A DNA stretch of 64,000 nt from Tubulanus polymorphus (taxonomy: Eukaryota; Animalia; Nemertea). Below, piece by piece: positions 13,701 through 25,941 of this stretch. Made by a program: the position numbers and the translations under genes. Below the pieces are notes generated by a model that had not been told where the DNA came from, did no database searches, and was given only the letters and a program-made list of their open reading frames with translations. Position 1 is the stretch's first letter; each line of letters begins with the position of its first letter. The DNA lies in the NCBI RefSeq assembly GCF_964204645.1, contig NC_134029.1:5890001-5954000 (forward strand), read 5' to 3'.

Positions 13701-14450
13701 CTCAATGGATTGAGGAATCTAAAATATTGCAGCCCATACCGCAGCCCTTAAATACTCTTGTCAAGTGGGGCTTAAAACCTTAAAATAGGTAGTATTCAAA
13801 GTCTTTTCATTTTATCCCAAAGTCCAAATACCATGGGACAATATACAGTTATCTATTACCGGCTAAGATGTTTACACCAAGCTCGTGAACGTCACGAGTA
13901 GCCCAATTCAATACTTACCCCAAATAGCCACATTAAAATCGCTACTTCCGAATAAAACATACGTGTGGTCAAACATACTCTGCCACAAACTGGCAGAACC
14001 ACCCCAAATTCTCTGTAAATGCCTATAAAACATGAAAGGTGCTTGTATTAGAACTTAAAGGAAAAATTTGACGAATTGTGAGATACAGTTAAACCCACTT
14101 AATCTGTATCAGTGGAATTGGTTGATCTAATGCTGATCTATTAACACTCCACCTATACATATCTCATAAACAAGATGAATTTTCACTTGTCCCATATGAT
14201 CTGAATCAGGTGGGTTTGACTGTATCCAAAAGCAAGTCCCCCCAGTGACTTAGGAGAGAACATAAAATACATACCATACTAAAGTATTTCTAAAAGCGAC
14301 AAACACGACCAAAGCCGTTCCGATAATAAACGCAGCCTTTTTCACCGAGTCGATGAACTGAATACGTTGATTTTCACATATAGTCACGCGATGGACTCGC
14401 TGCTCAGCTGTCGTCCTCATTTTCTTCGATATAACTCTGAAAATGTTCAT
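10776..14450 (-). CDS. FAXDC2: Fatty acid hydroxylase domain-containing protein 2-like, copy B, 6 coding exons, ~356 aa
   Basis: Exons (minus): 14450-14275, 14022-13919, 13486-13365, 12797-12592, 12398-12126, 10965-10776; same sizes as copy A (176/104/122/206/273/190). Motifs VEEAFFYYSHRTLHHPRLYKYIHKKHHEWTAPIGIISLYAHPIEH, HDYHHLK. Confidence 0.93.
11324..11898. mobile_element. piggyBac-like non-autonomous element in FAXDC2-B intron 5
   Basis: TTAA (11320-23) + CCCTTTCGCTGCGT ... ACGTAGCGAAAGGG + TTAA (11899-902); the equivalent intron of copy A has a single TTAA at ~5562-5565. Confidence 0.88.
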
Positions 14451-15484
14451 CTCGAAAAATTAGACTTAAGAACAATGAAGGAAAATAAGTCGCCATACAA
14501 CTGGACTGAAATTTCACCAAATACAACTGATTTTTTTGTGAAATGTGAAAAAGTTAAAGTTGAAACAAGAAATTCAAGACTATTGCGATAAAACTTCCAA
14601 GCGCTTTGAGATTTTGAATGTATATAACGAGTTACTTTATTAAGTCACGGTGGTTAAGCAGCACATGTTTTCATTATTCGGCACTGTTGAGACCGGTTAG
14701 TTTATAGATACATATGATATATAACACACTTGTCACAATTCAGTGGCACCGGTACAAACGAATTGCGAACATAATAGAAACTTGGAAATAATCCAAGATT
14801 ATTTCAGCTTTGTAAGCCAGGCGCTGTGATAGTGTTTTTATTGCCTATGCTGGTAACCAAACTTAACACAGATGTTAAACTTCCAAAATCACATTTGTTG
14901 AACAGACGAGATCTTTTTAACAGTTTTAACCAGACCAACAACTCGATAAAAATATACCTCTGACAACGGTCTCTAATTAAATTTGAGTGCGAAATATATT
15001 AGATTTGTAATGAAATTTGTCAGACTAAGTAAGATTGTTCTACCAGTGAATCATAAGAAATCGGAACCATTTAGAGGAATCTTACCCCAGATCTGAGAAT
15101 GAACATGAACTTATAAAAGTTATGTAACCATAATAAACTAACATGTCATAAGCTACATTTTTTCTATATAGCCTATTGTGATGGCAAAATATGCTTTACA
15201 ATATCAATCAAGGCCTATGATGTTTAACTCCCCTGGTGGTGAAAACAATATGAAAATACACTAGGAGTGGGTGATCACAAGTGGTTTTAAAGATTTGAAG
15301 GAAAGAACTTGAAAAGTCCACCCTCTTTAACTTGGCATTCAAACCTAGGCCTACAGCATAACATGCTGATAAACAAATCTTGAACTATTTACCCCTGGCT
15401 GGCCTAATGCCAGAACTGGATTACCCAATACACCATCTTTCGAGAGTACAAAACAATCCTTTTTTGTTGCGACGGCTAAATGGT

Positions 15485-15562
15485 GTCAGTATTGTTGTGT
15501 GTCATAAATACAAAAGCGACTTAGCCGTCAGTATTGTTGTGTGTCATAAATACAAAAGCGAC
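15485..15562. repeat. Short direct duplication (42-bp period, 2 copies)
   Basis: GTCAGTATTGTTGTGTGTCATAAATACAAAAGCGAC occurs twice. Confidence 0.85.
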
Positions 15563-16949
15563 GATAAATCCATGCATGTAGGCCTACTAGTAGGCCTACA
15601 TTCTATCACCTGTGAGGGCACCTTAGAGGGCATAGTAAGAAAATCAAGAAATTAAGGTCGAAAAAAGAAATCAGAAGGATGTTCATTACCCAAAGAGCAC
15701 TAAACATGTGAAATGCCCTCCCAAAAAAAGTGGTATCGGCCACCTCTACACACTGTTTTAAATTTTGGAAAGATGAAATTATTTTATTTCATGTTTTTCT
15801 TAGATTTGGAAATTGGAGGTGAAGTATATAGTTACAAATTGAATTTCATACCAACAACTCATTGATGATGACTACCCTAGCTGGAATGGTGTATCCCGGG
15901 TGCGTGCCGGTGCCGGTGGGGTGGTTTACTAGCCCGTGTGCCAATTTTCGAGCAATCAATCAATCATTGTTAACCAATTCTTCAAATTCAATCTAATGTT
16001 TATAATAAAAGTTATGAAAATTCCAATTACTAATCAAAAATACTAATCAATGAGTTACCATTTAACTAATCATGAGTATAAAATTGTTAAAATTAACCAT
16101 TAACAACGAATCATGTTGATTTTAATTCCTAATTCAACGAGTTAAATGAATAACCAATAGGGAAGGGAGTCTCAGCCGTGGATACCGGTAACATATTACG
16201 AACATATTAGTCATCATTATCATTGCATAAACCTGGCACACGTGATGTGTGCTTCTTGAAATGGATTGGAGCGGAGGAAATGGAATGCTGAATGGAATGA
16301 ACGCCCCATGATTGTCGATGACTACCACCCATTCCAAAACGCTCAAAAATCCTAACGTCCATAAACTGATAAACCATAACATCCGCGACACATTAGTTTC
16401 TTAATATCTTACACAATTAAACAGGGACAATTTTGGTGTCAAATGAGATAGAATACGATGAATTTTACCTGCGAAGAAATGGATTTAATCAGAATGTGGT
16501 TAATGTTGATGCACATACAATGTTTATAGATGGCGGTACTTGCTGGTCTCAGATTGTTGTTAATTTTTCATTTTCTAATGTCTTATCATTTAAGTGTTGT
16601 TTTGTAAGTATTTGTATATACATGTAATAGTTTTCTCCATCCTACCATGGAAATGGTTGGAGTGTAAATAAAATCGTAATCTTATTCGTAGAAGCAATAA
16701 ATCTGAATTGAATAGGTTTAATCGATGAAATTGTAAGATGGCAGCACCTCCGTGTTAACCCGAATGGGGAATATGATATTTCTCTCATTTACGATTTTTC
16801 CAACAATTCAGCTCTAACCCTCACCGAAAATGTAAATTTCTCATAGTATTTCTTTGTTTTGATCTTCACGCTATGTTTTCTATCTCAGACGGTTGTTATT
16901 GATTAAAACTAATCATTATCGAAAGCACATGGTTTTGTTTACTTCATTT

Positions 16950-17050
16950 AGATGACGTCATTCAGATACCTAGCCAATTGAATTTGGTTTTACAACTAAA
17001 TTAGCCAATTACAGATCATGTATCATTTGGTGGCACGAACCCGGAAGTAA
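16950..17050 (+). promoter_or_regulatory. Probable MOSPD2 proximal promoter (CRE, two CCAAT boxes, ETS site)
   Basis: TGACGTCA 16953-16960, AGCCAAT at ~16972 and ~17003, CCGGAAGT 17041-17048, directly upstream of ATG 17071. Confidence 0.65.
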
Positions 17051-17070
17051 ATTGACCCAACGAAATGATA

Positions 17071-20000
17071 ATGGCTGTAAGTCCTAAGGTTTTTTTTTTT
17101 CATTTATTTGATCATAGGCCTGGGCAAATCATATAGGATTAAACCTATTTTTCGCAATTTTATGCGCATTTCTGTGGGTTTGGTAACGAGAGAATTAATA
17201 GAAATTGTCATGCGACTGCGTTCCCGTTTGCGTTACACCGGTCGGTATTGAATTATTAAATATTACTATAGTGAGAGTAGTAAAACTACTGACTCAAAAA
17301 ATCAAAAAAGTGTCGAAAGAAAGACGACCCACACCACTTACCAGCCATCAATGGTCTTCTTCCTTCATTGTACTGTGGTGGTGGGCCCTTGCTTTGATAC
17401 CGTGAGTGCCGAAGGGGTTGGGGGTGAGGCTTTAATAGAGTCCGTATGACATTTATGACAATTATAATGTGATGACCCTCTACTCTGTCCCCTGGCCTAA
17501 GCCTACATATATCTCTGGCTGATCTGTAGGACTACGTAGTCGACTTACTAATAGACCTACCCAGCTAGCACACAACGTTCATACAACATTCGGAAACGTT
17601 CGTGAAAGTTGTGTGATAGTTTATAATGTAACGTTCAGGCGATAACGTTTTCTGAAGGTTTTTCTAAACGTTATCATCCAAGAGCCTGCAGCAAATTATT
17701 AGTTAAGTCAGATATCATCAATATAGTCCGTTTTAAGCAAATCCCGACGTGGATTCCTACATTTTAATACCATTTGAAAGCAAGATTCAAACTTTCGGGA
17801 GTAGGCCTAAAGAAAAATATGGGATTCGAAACCGATGGATATCGTGACATATCAAAGCAGGAAGTGTTCGCCATTGTTCATCAATCAGCTTTAAGCGGCG
17901 TGTTTAAGGGATTTAAAAATCGTTTATTTACTAAGGTACGTTATTCAATCCACAAATTTTGATACTTTCAATATATGGAAAAATACAGATAGAATGTTTT
18001 TGAAACAATCTTTTATGTAGAAACCCACGTTAGAGACCTTTTCGTCGGGTTTTATATCAATGAAATGACCTAACTGTTGTTCTCCAATAACAAGCATAAC
18101 AATCCCTGTATGTATGGATGAAATGAACTTCAAGGCTTAACACAACCATGAAAATAAAAGTTTCTGTATCATTTCCTTTTTATTTTAGGAATCACAAAGG
18201 CTGCCAGCTACGCTGTAAAACGACGACTGGTGCACTGGAGAACTAACTTACGAGTGAATAATTTCGATATTATACATGTATATATACGTAGTTACAAAAT
18301 AAAAGTTAGGTAAAATAATTCAAATATTAGTTAGTTGAAAGGGATTTATTCTAGCTCATGAAAGAGGACATCATGGTTATAATGTAACGTCATACGAACG
18401 TTTTTGGAACGTTTTTATCAAGCTCAATGGTTGCAGAGAGGTTGTGAAGTAACGTTCAGTCAACGTTATCAAAAACGTTCTGTGAACCTTAAAATACATT
18501 TACAAAAAAAACGTTCTACAAACGTTGCACGAACGTTCAACATTAACGTTAAAACGTTAGTGAAAAACTTTTAGAAAACGTTCTTTGAACGTTTTTTTGT
18601 TAGCTGGGTAGCCGCCAATGGTGCAACAGTGACCAAGAAGATACCCTCCCCCAATGAACTGCTAAATCATTATTTTGTTTTATTTTCAGGATCAAAAAGA
18701 TAAATATGACGAATTACGAACACTATTCCAAGAAAAATATGCCGGTAAGACATAAGAAAAATGATGGAGCGACTGCAGTTAAGGTTTCCCTAGGAGTAAT
18801 AGTTATACCTATAGGCCTACCTAATAACCATTACACTAAACACTAGTGCCACATAGTGGAAAGGTGACCTACTGCAGGTAGACCCAAATAGATTAAACTT
18901 TGCCTCTATGACTGCATTCAGTCGTAAATTGGACTGTTTTTGCAATGCTGGAAGTTGCTTGAAATAGGCCAAGTCTCGAAGTTACCTCAAATAGTTTTCA
19001 ATGCAATTCGATATCACATTTATTGTATTTTAGATAAAATTACACAAGGCGCCTACGATGAAAGAGATATCAATCGTTTGAATACAAATGATTCCTATGC
19101 TGGTTGTTTTATCAATGCATTACGAACTGATGTGGAAGAAGCTGCAAAGATTGTGAACGGTTCATTTTCATGGCGCAAAGAAATTGGTGTCAATGGTAAA
19201 TATTTTCAACTACTACTGGCACATGCTATATCCGCGAAAGGGCTCCATAGAATCATGGAGTATCACTTGTATTTTTTGTAGATTTAAATGAGAATTCATT
19301 TCCTCAAGAAGCGCATGAAAAAGGGGCTATATATTACCACAATCATGACAAAGATGGCAATGATATCTGTAAGTGTATTATGCAATATTATTTCCAAAGC
19401 TTCAGGGTACCGTAGTATGTAAAGCTTTCGAGCGTTCAGAGTGCATCCATCTTTGACAGCGGGTTGAGTAACGATTCAAATCATCTATCAATTTCAGTGT
19501 ATTTCCGTATTAAAGACCACAAAAAAGACTCTTCAACTTTGCTTCTACTACAAAAGTACGTCGCGTTTATGTTAGAACGGTATTTCCAAGCAAACATCGG
19601 TAAACGGATTGTAGTTCTATTCGATATGGCTGAGGCTGGACTCACAAACATGGACCTGGATTTAGTCAAGTACATCATCACTTGTTTCACCTCTTACTAT
19701 CCAAGCTTTCTAGGTTAGTTACCATCTAATATTACGATTCCTTGTCAATTAGTATCTTATTGCCTTTTATCCACCAATTGAACTGTTAAAATAGTCTGGC
19801 TTGTTGGTTTACTGCTGGCTAGCCTTTAAACTTTACTTGGCAACATCAGGTAACTGATATTTTTCCCATTATCTTCCCTATTTTTTCAGCTTATATACTG
19901 ATATACGACATGCCATGGGTTCTAAACAGTAAGTGGTATTTCGCTTACATTGACAAGCATTTAGACAAGCATTCCCGAAAAGTCTGTAATCGAGATGTTT

Positions 20001-22590
20001 ATTTCCTTAAATATAGCTGCGTGGAAGATTATTAAAGCCTGGTTGAGCGAGGAAGCGAAGAAAAAAGTGATATTCGTAAAAAAGAATGAGATTCAGGAAT
20101 ATATCGACAGGGACCAGTTATGGGAGCATATGGGTGGCACGGTAAGTTTGTAATATCATAAGTCTAAACAGTTGAGAGATTCAAAATGAATATGAATTAT
20201 GTTCCATGCTTTTTCAAATTTTACAGGATTCGTTTGAATATAAATATACCCCGTCACCATCTCCTGAGAATGAGCAAAATGGAGAACTCCACTCACCAGA
20301 TTCTGCTGCCAATAAGAAACGGGTAAGATTTTTTAGAACGCTGCCTTTAGTGGTAACTTGTAGATCACAGTTAGCTGTATTGTAACTATGTCATCAAGGG
20401 AATGGCTGTTGGTATGACAACGTTGCTATGGCCACTGTCACTTAGCACTACTAAAGCAGTATTACTATGGTAGTGAGTGATACTGAACCTGACCTTCTCA
20501 AAAGTCAGGATGGTGTCTAATGATGATTATGATTCGATCAAAGATGGATATGTGAGGGAGCTTTGCGACACTTATGAAGCTTTGAATGACAGTGGTTTCA
20601 ATGAGGTATGCCATACAATTCACGGGTATTCGATCTACAATGCATGGACTTAAATCGATGTTCGAAGAAACTTGGAAAATAGGGCAAATGAAAAATAATT
20701 TACAGCATGTGACCTGTTAATTGATCTAGGTATAAGTGACCCCCTTGTTTGATAAGCTAGGTGTTAAGGTCAAAAACTGCAAGACTGTGGAATGTGATAA
20801 GATTGTTTCGCATTGGTCATATAACTCTTTTCTTCTACATTTCATTTAACATACATGTTTTTGCATGTGTGTGTGTGAATTTGATCATTTTCAATTTGTT
20901 GTCTTGACATGAAAATATCATAATTCATTGAAATTAAAAGTGCTGTTATAGTATTGTGATATATACACATGTCCCATGCAGGTAACATTTGCCGAGAACG
21001 ATCATAATACGTACCAGAGTTTCAGTGTTGACCAAGAAGATGCTGGAAGCCCACCAAAGGTACGTAGGAACAATATTTCAATATGTTTTTCAAATATAAG
21101 ATTTTACCGATGAGCACGTTGAATTGATTTCACTAATTCCTTGTTCGCAGAATGAAGCACGGCTGATTAAAGTACGCCCTAAAACCCTAGCAATTGCTTC
21201 TAGACGACCAGATCGTGAAGAAAATTCATTCCGAGGAAAATATGCTACAATATGGTAAGCCTCCTTTCGAAAAAATGTCCTATTACGTATTGGTTTTAAC
21301 GGTATTGCTATATGCTGAATTTTCCAGCCCGGCTGAAGAATTGGAGTTTGAATTGGGAGATGGCACAAAAGAATCGCTATATATCATCACTATAACGAAT
21401 ACTGTGAAATCAAATGTTGCCTTTAAGGTGAGATTTCATTTCATTTTGAAGGTATTTCATAACTTGATGTTTCTAAAACATTTCAATATCTAGATGTTGG
21501 CTTATTGATGTTTTAGGTGAAAACAACTGCCCCAGAAAAATACCGAGTCCGTCCGAGTTCGGGGGTTATAAAGCCAGCGGGGACCGGCGAGGTGAGCGTG
21601 TTTCTCCAAGCGGGTCACAGCAGTACGATACATCGGGATAAATTCCTCGTGATGACTATGGAAGTCGAAGCCGGTGTCAGTAACTCAGAAATCGGGGAAT
21701 TATGGCGGACTGCCTCTCGCGACGACATTATGGAACACAGGTAAAAGGCCTGACTCGATCTCCGCTTTTGCAGCTTGAGACCCTTATTCTCATGCTGTGT
21801 GTGTGTGTGTCTTTGGGTCTGACTTTCAGCGACTTAGCTTCATTAAAAGTGGGTCGATCCTGATGAAACTCTGGTACAATGTACATGTGGAGGTCTAGTT
21901 GTGCAGTGCAAAGAATTGGTCCAGTGCGCTACCTAATGGCCGAACTAGGCACTAAAAACTGTTTTTCAGAGTCATGAAGTTGAAGATCATCTCATAACTT
22001 AGGAACTGGGTCGAAATTTAAAAATTTGAATTATTTAGCTATTGGCCCTAGATACAACTTTATCCATAATGCAATGGGAACTAACACATGGTAATTTTGG
22101 GGTTTGAGTTCGAGCCTGCACCCTTGAACTGTTGTCGCCTATGGCTTGTGTATTCTCAATTTTCCAACCCTGGAAAACTGGCTTTTTGGTATACGTTCTT
22201 GATTTCATTTTTAGGCTACGCTGTAATATCGTCACGCCAAAATCACCCGAAACAATGAAACAACAGGAAGTTACGCAGCTTCAAACTACCGTTTTAATAC
22301 TCACTAAAAAGGTAAGAAAAAATCTCCCCATAAGCATGCTGAAAATGAGCTGTCAAGATCGGTACCAAATCATGATTGTAGCGAAATTACTTTCTGCATT
22401 TTAACAGTTGGACCAAATATACGCGGTGAACAGTAGGCTGGAGGAACGCCTGACCAGTATTTACAAATTCCAGTTGTTTTTCATGACGTTAGTTGTAATC
22501 GGGGCTGTGATAGTCGTGCTGTATTTCAAGGATATTTCTAACATTTCGCCGGAAAAAAAAACCAATTCGTGTAACATTTGGGGCCGATAA
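17071..22590 (+). CDS. MOSPD2: Motile sperm domain-containing protein 2-like (CRAL-TRIO + MSP + C-terminal TM; ER contact-site tether), 14 coding exons
   Basis: Exons: 17071-17076 (ATGGCT|gtaagt; least certain), 18690-18744, 19034-19195, 19282-19368, 19498-19713, 19890-19928, 20017-20141, 20227-20322, 20982-21059, 21151-21254, 21328-21427, 21517-21740, 22215-22311, 22408-22590. CRAL-TRIO motifs WRKEIGVNDL, DKDGN, VVLFDMAEAGLTNMDLD, ILIYDMPWVLN, AWKIIKAWL, EHMGGTD; MSP motif VAFKVKTTAPEKYRVRPSSG; TM FFMTLVVIGAVIVVLYF. Confidence 0.92.
17560..18608. mobile_element. ~1.05-kb non-autonomous DNA transposon in MOSPD2 intron 1
   Basis: TA + CCCAGCTAGCACACAACGTTC ... GAACGTTTTTTTGTTAGCTGGG + TA; clustered AACGTT subterminal motifs at both ends. 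Confidence 0.8.
20510..20605 (+). CDS. Candidate alternative first coding exon of MOSPD2 (MVSNDDYDSIKDGYVRELCDTYEALNDSGFNE)
   Basis: ATG 20510, 32 open codons, ends GAG|gtatgc in phase 0 matching the acceptor at 20982; in-frame TGA at 20474 and no in-phase acceptor upstream. Confidence 0.5.
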
Positions 22591-25089
22591 TTATTACGTG
22601 GGTGATTTTAACGCCGTACCTCAGGCGCCTTATTCTTTCTAAGCATGCTGTAGCCTTATCATAATACACTGTAGTATTAATGCAATCATCTGTCACAACA
22701 TGTTTTAACTTCAACTGCTGAGCATAATCGACTTATAAATCTTTTCCTTTTTTTCTGAATATCTCAACTCATTTTGAAGCCTACGTACAATTTTCAGTAG
22801 CCTAATAGTATCGCTTTCAGGCCAGTTACTATATGGTCAATATATCGCAGCGTCTCCTTAGAAGTGTAATAATCGTATTTTTAATAAATGAAAATCAAAC
22901 TATGTATCTATTTTACATATGTAACGTTGTTATTATGTTATGAAGAATATGTTGATTAGAAGATGCGTATAATATTTTGTTTGTTCAGTAAATTAACGAT
23001 AGAATCTATAAAGAATTTTATATTTGTAAGAAATATATATGTATATGGAAAAAAATTGTAACAGCAAATCATGAATCCTTTGTACTGTGTACATGGGGAT
23101 GTATATAAAATATGTACATATTACAGGTCGACTCCCAACAAAAAGTATTATAGTTGGTCAAAATAAATGTTGTTTTAAATGATATTTCGCCGTTTGGTTC
23201 ATATTGATGGAAGACATTTTTCAATCGACTGAATGAATTGGTGGAATAAGTAAAGGTGAACAAGAAAGAAATTCTTAATATGCTATGGTCTTTCCTAAAT
23301 TTACACGATGATGTGTCGTTTAATCCAGTACGAAGCCCCTAGGTGACATACGAGATAAATTTTTCACAATTTCGACTTATCTCGAAATTCAACATAATCA
23401 AAATTAAAGAAAAAAAATGTGTTTTTCAAATGAGTGGCAAGCATGAAGTTTTCGGCGGAATTACAATTATTTTATGGACTTCCCTAAAGCGTAAGTCCAT
23501 AAAAATGATATTTGGATCATCGAAGCTTCATTGTTCAATTCCAGAGTTGAATTGCCACAGTAACTGATCCCAAAATCCCATTTTAAAAGAAATGCCTAGC
23601 ATCTAGGCAGGAGAGCTTGATGAAGTCTTGGTCATCAGTTATTGCACTAAGTATGGCCATAGTGCGTGGATTGTCTGAGGGGGAACAAGAGCACTGGATT
23701 AGAAAGAATGAACTGTATTTCAACCAGATATGTAAATAAAGGCTATAGAATTTCTTATTCGAATAATTAACTTGTTTATTCTTATCTGAAAACATCATCA
23801 GACACAAAAACACTGCATAATTACCATTGCAAACCAGATATCATTAACAACAAAACACGTATATATTAGAACCTACCAAAGTTCATATTGTGCCCTATGT
23901 ACAGTACTACAATATATTCTGGTCAGAGGTCTATTTACTGGTGGTTCGTTCCTATAATGACTTAATTAGAACATGGCGAATCTCAGCGATAATAGTTTTG
24001 ACAACTACCGGATAATTAACCATTTGAATCATAACAGATTGATAGAGGATATAGGATTTATATAGGATACATGCACTAAGATGAGCACCAAAGGTTGAAA
24101 TATGATTCATTTTGTAGCGAGTTAAATATCTGTACATGTATAGTATTCAATAAGTTGAAAATTGTCAGAAAATTGTCATGAAGCTTCCTATCAGCACTAG
24201 ACAAGTTTGTTCTATAAGATTGTCATGTTTTACAAAAAACATCCAGTAGTACATTGAGAAAGTTAACATTTATGACTGACAGACAGACCAGTGGGTTTAG
24301 TGATAACAGCTACCGCATGCATCTTATGGATAACCTTTGAAGAGATTAATACAGACAGCACTGCAGTTTTCAGTTCAGTAACATCGAACCAGCTTTTTAT
24401 CGTAAAGCCATTTGCCAGCAAAAAACTTCGATCCTCCCCAAACCCAAGCCTAGATTGTACGAACACATTTCTTTCAATCACAACTACATACAGTAAATTG
24501 ATAGATAAAAAATAAAGAATCGATCCAATAGTGTAAAAGTAACAATACTAATAGATTAAAATATGCTATAAAAAGTTCTATCTCGATTGAACATGAGAAT
24601 GTTAGATAAACTAAACATGAATGTTCGCACATGTGAATGTAACACGCATCGAAAAATGACTTAAGTTTCTAGCTGATGGTTATATTTTCCTACTAGGATC
24701 CCATCCTTGGCGAACTTTTACTCTACAGAGGTAAAAGTTTCATGGAACTGATTGGTAATCAGAAAATAATGTACATCAGTAATTTTGCTATAATACTCTA
24801 CAACACACTGATACACATTCGAAAAAATCGAAACGCAAAAACTTTGAAATGCATAGTCAAATTGTTTCTTATTTCGGTTTCTGTCGATTGCAGAATCCAA
24901 AGTTGGTATTTGAACGACGGAAGATTATCATTTAAGGAACGTTTAACTATAGCCGACTATAATGATACTATTAATCAGTAGTGCTTACATGAAACTATTG
25001 AAGTGAACTACGAATACGTTATATCACCTGGGACCAACAGAAAATACAATCCATCTTGCTATGGAATGCTCATAACAGATTCTATATCA

Positions 25090-25283
25090 AAATCATATTA
25101 ACGAAATTTACTCTGGGTATATAACGTAGAGACTTACATCAAGCCTTTCGATTAACGGTCACTGCCGTCGTGATCACGTCTTGAATGTGATCATGACGTG
25201 GTCAAGACAGCAGTGACCGTTGATCGAAAAGCTTGATGTAAGTTTCTACCTAATATATCCATAGTACTATCGTTAAAATGATT
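25090..25283. repeat. Long inverted repeat (~90-bp arms) between the convergent MOSPD2 and KIDINS220 3' ends
   Basis: GTAGAGACTTACATCAAGCCTTTCGATTAACGGTCACTGC... / ...GCAGTGACCGTTGATCGAAAAGCTTGATGTAAGTTTCTAC, extending outward to AAATCAT/ATGATTT. Confidence 0.85.
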
Positions 25284-25530
25284 TTTATTTTTTAATTTCC
25301 TGGATGGATGAATCTACAAGATTCGAAATTACCCCAAGTAGATAGAACCATCTACAGGATAGTAATAAAAAATATGTCATATCAATTGCTAGTTTGGAAG
25401 ACTTGCGTATCTAATTGAACCCTTAACCTTCTAGTAAACTACTGTTTGGGAACAAATGACATTCTAAAAGGTTCACTAAACAAAATCGCGATCAGTTGTT
25501 TCTGACAACCTTCTCATTTTCAATGACTAT

Positions 25531-25780
25531 CAGGGTTGGATCTTAGGGGATGGTGCAGGAGGTGTGTATCCCCCTAAATATGTCAAGTTGCCCTAACTTA
25601 AACGGGAAAATGAATAATATTAAAATGATTCCTAAAGCAGTATAAATTCATAAGCTGGTTCCCTGTATTTCCAAAAATTAGTTAATGTTTTCCTACGAGC
25701 TTTCATTCGGAGTGCCCTTTCAATTATATGGCCTATTTTGGGGGTGCACCCATCCCTGAATCATACCCTAGATCCACCCT
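25531..25780. mobile_element. Degenerate CAGGGG-GGATC type MITE (same family as 43933-44165)
   Basis: CAGGGTTGGATCTTAGGG ... CCCTAGATCCACCCT, with internal GTGCCC motifs as in the 43933 copy. Confidence 0.55.
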
Positions 25781-25941
25781 TAACTCAACAATAGAAATGA
25801 ATCCTGATTAGCTATGTGAATGCTGGGGTTCGAGTCCTCAACACTGAACTCTGTAGTTTGCTAAATGTGGTACATACGTTAAAACACTAATACTTCTGAA
25901 TAATACTATTTCATGCAGAGAGCAATAATTCCTATAATGAT

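Larger units (their letters stand above)
4590..15000. repeat. Tandem segmental duplication carrying the two FAXDC2 genes (units ~4590-8070 and ~8337-15000)
   Basis: Non-coding flanks match: 4591 GTAGTAGAAAAATCATCGGCAAATACG vs 8337 GTAGTAGAAAAATCATCAGCAAATACG; ~4971 vs ~9051 AAATATATAATGGGAAATCACA; upstream ~8009 vs ~14778 AAACTTGGAAATAATC; introns also align. Boundaries approximate. Confidence 0.88.

Noticed and set aside
15650-16650. Transposon or gene between FAXDC2-B and MOSPD2
   Set aside because: Looks like TE debris, but no matching TIR/TSD pair or coding motif could be identified.
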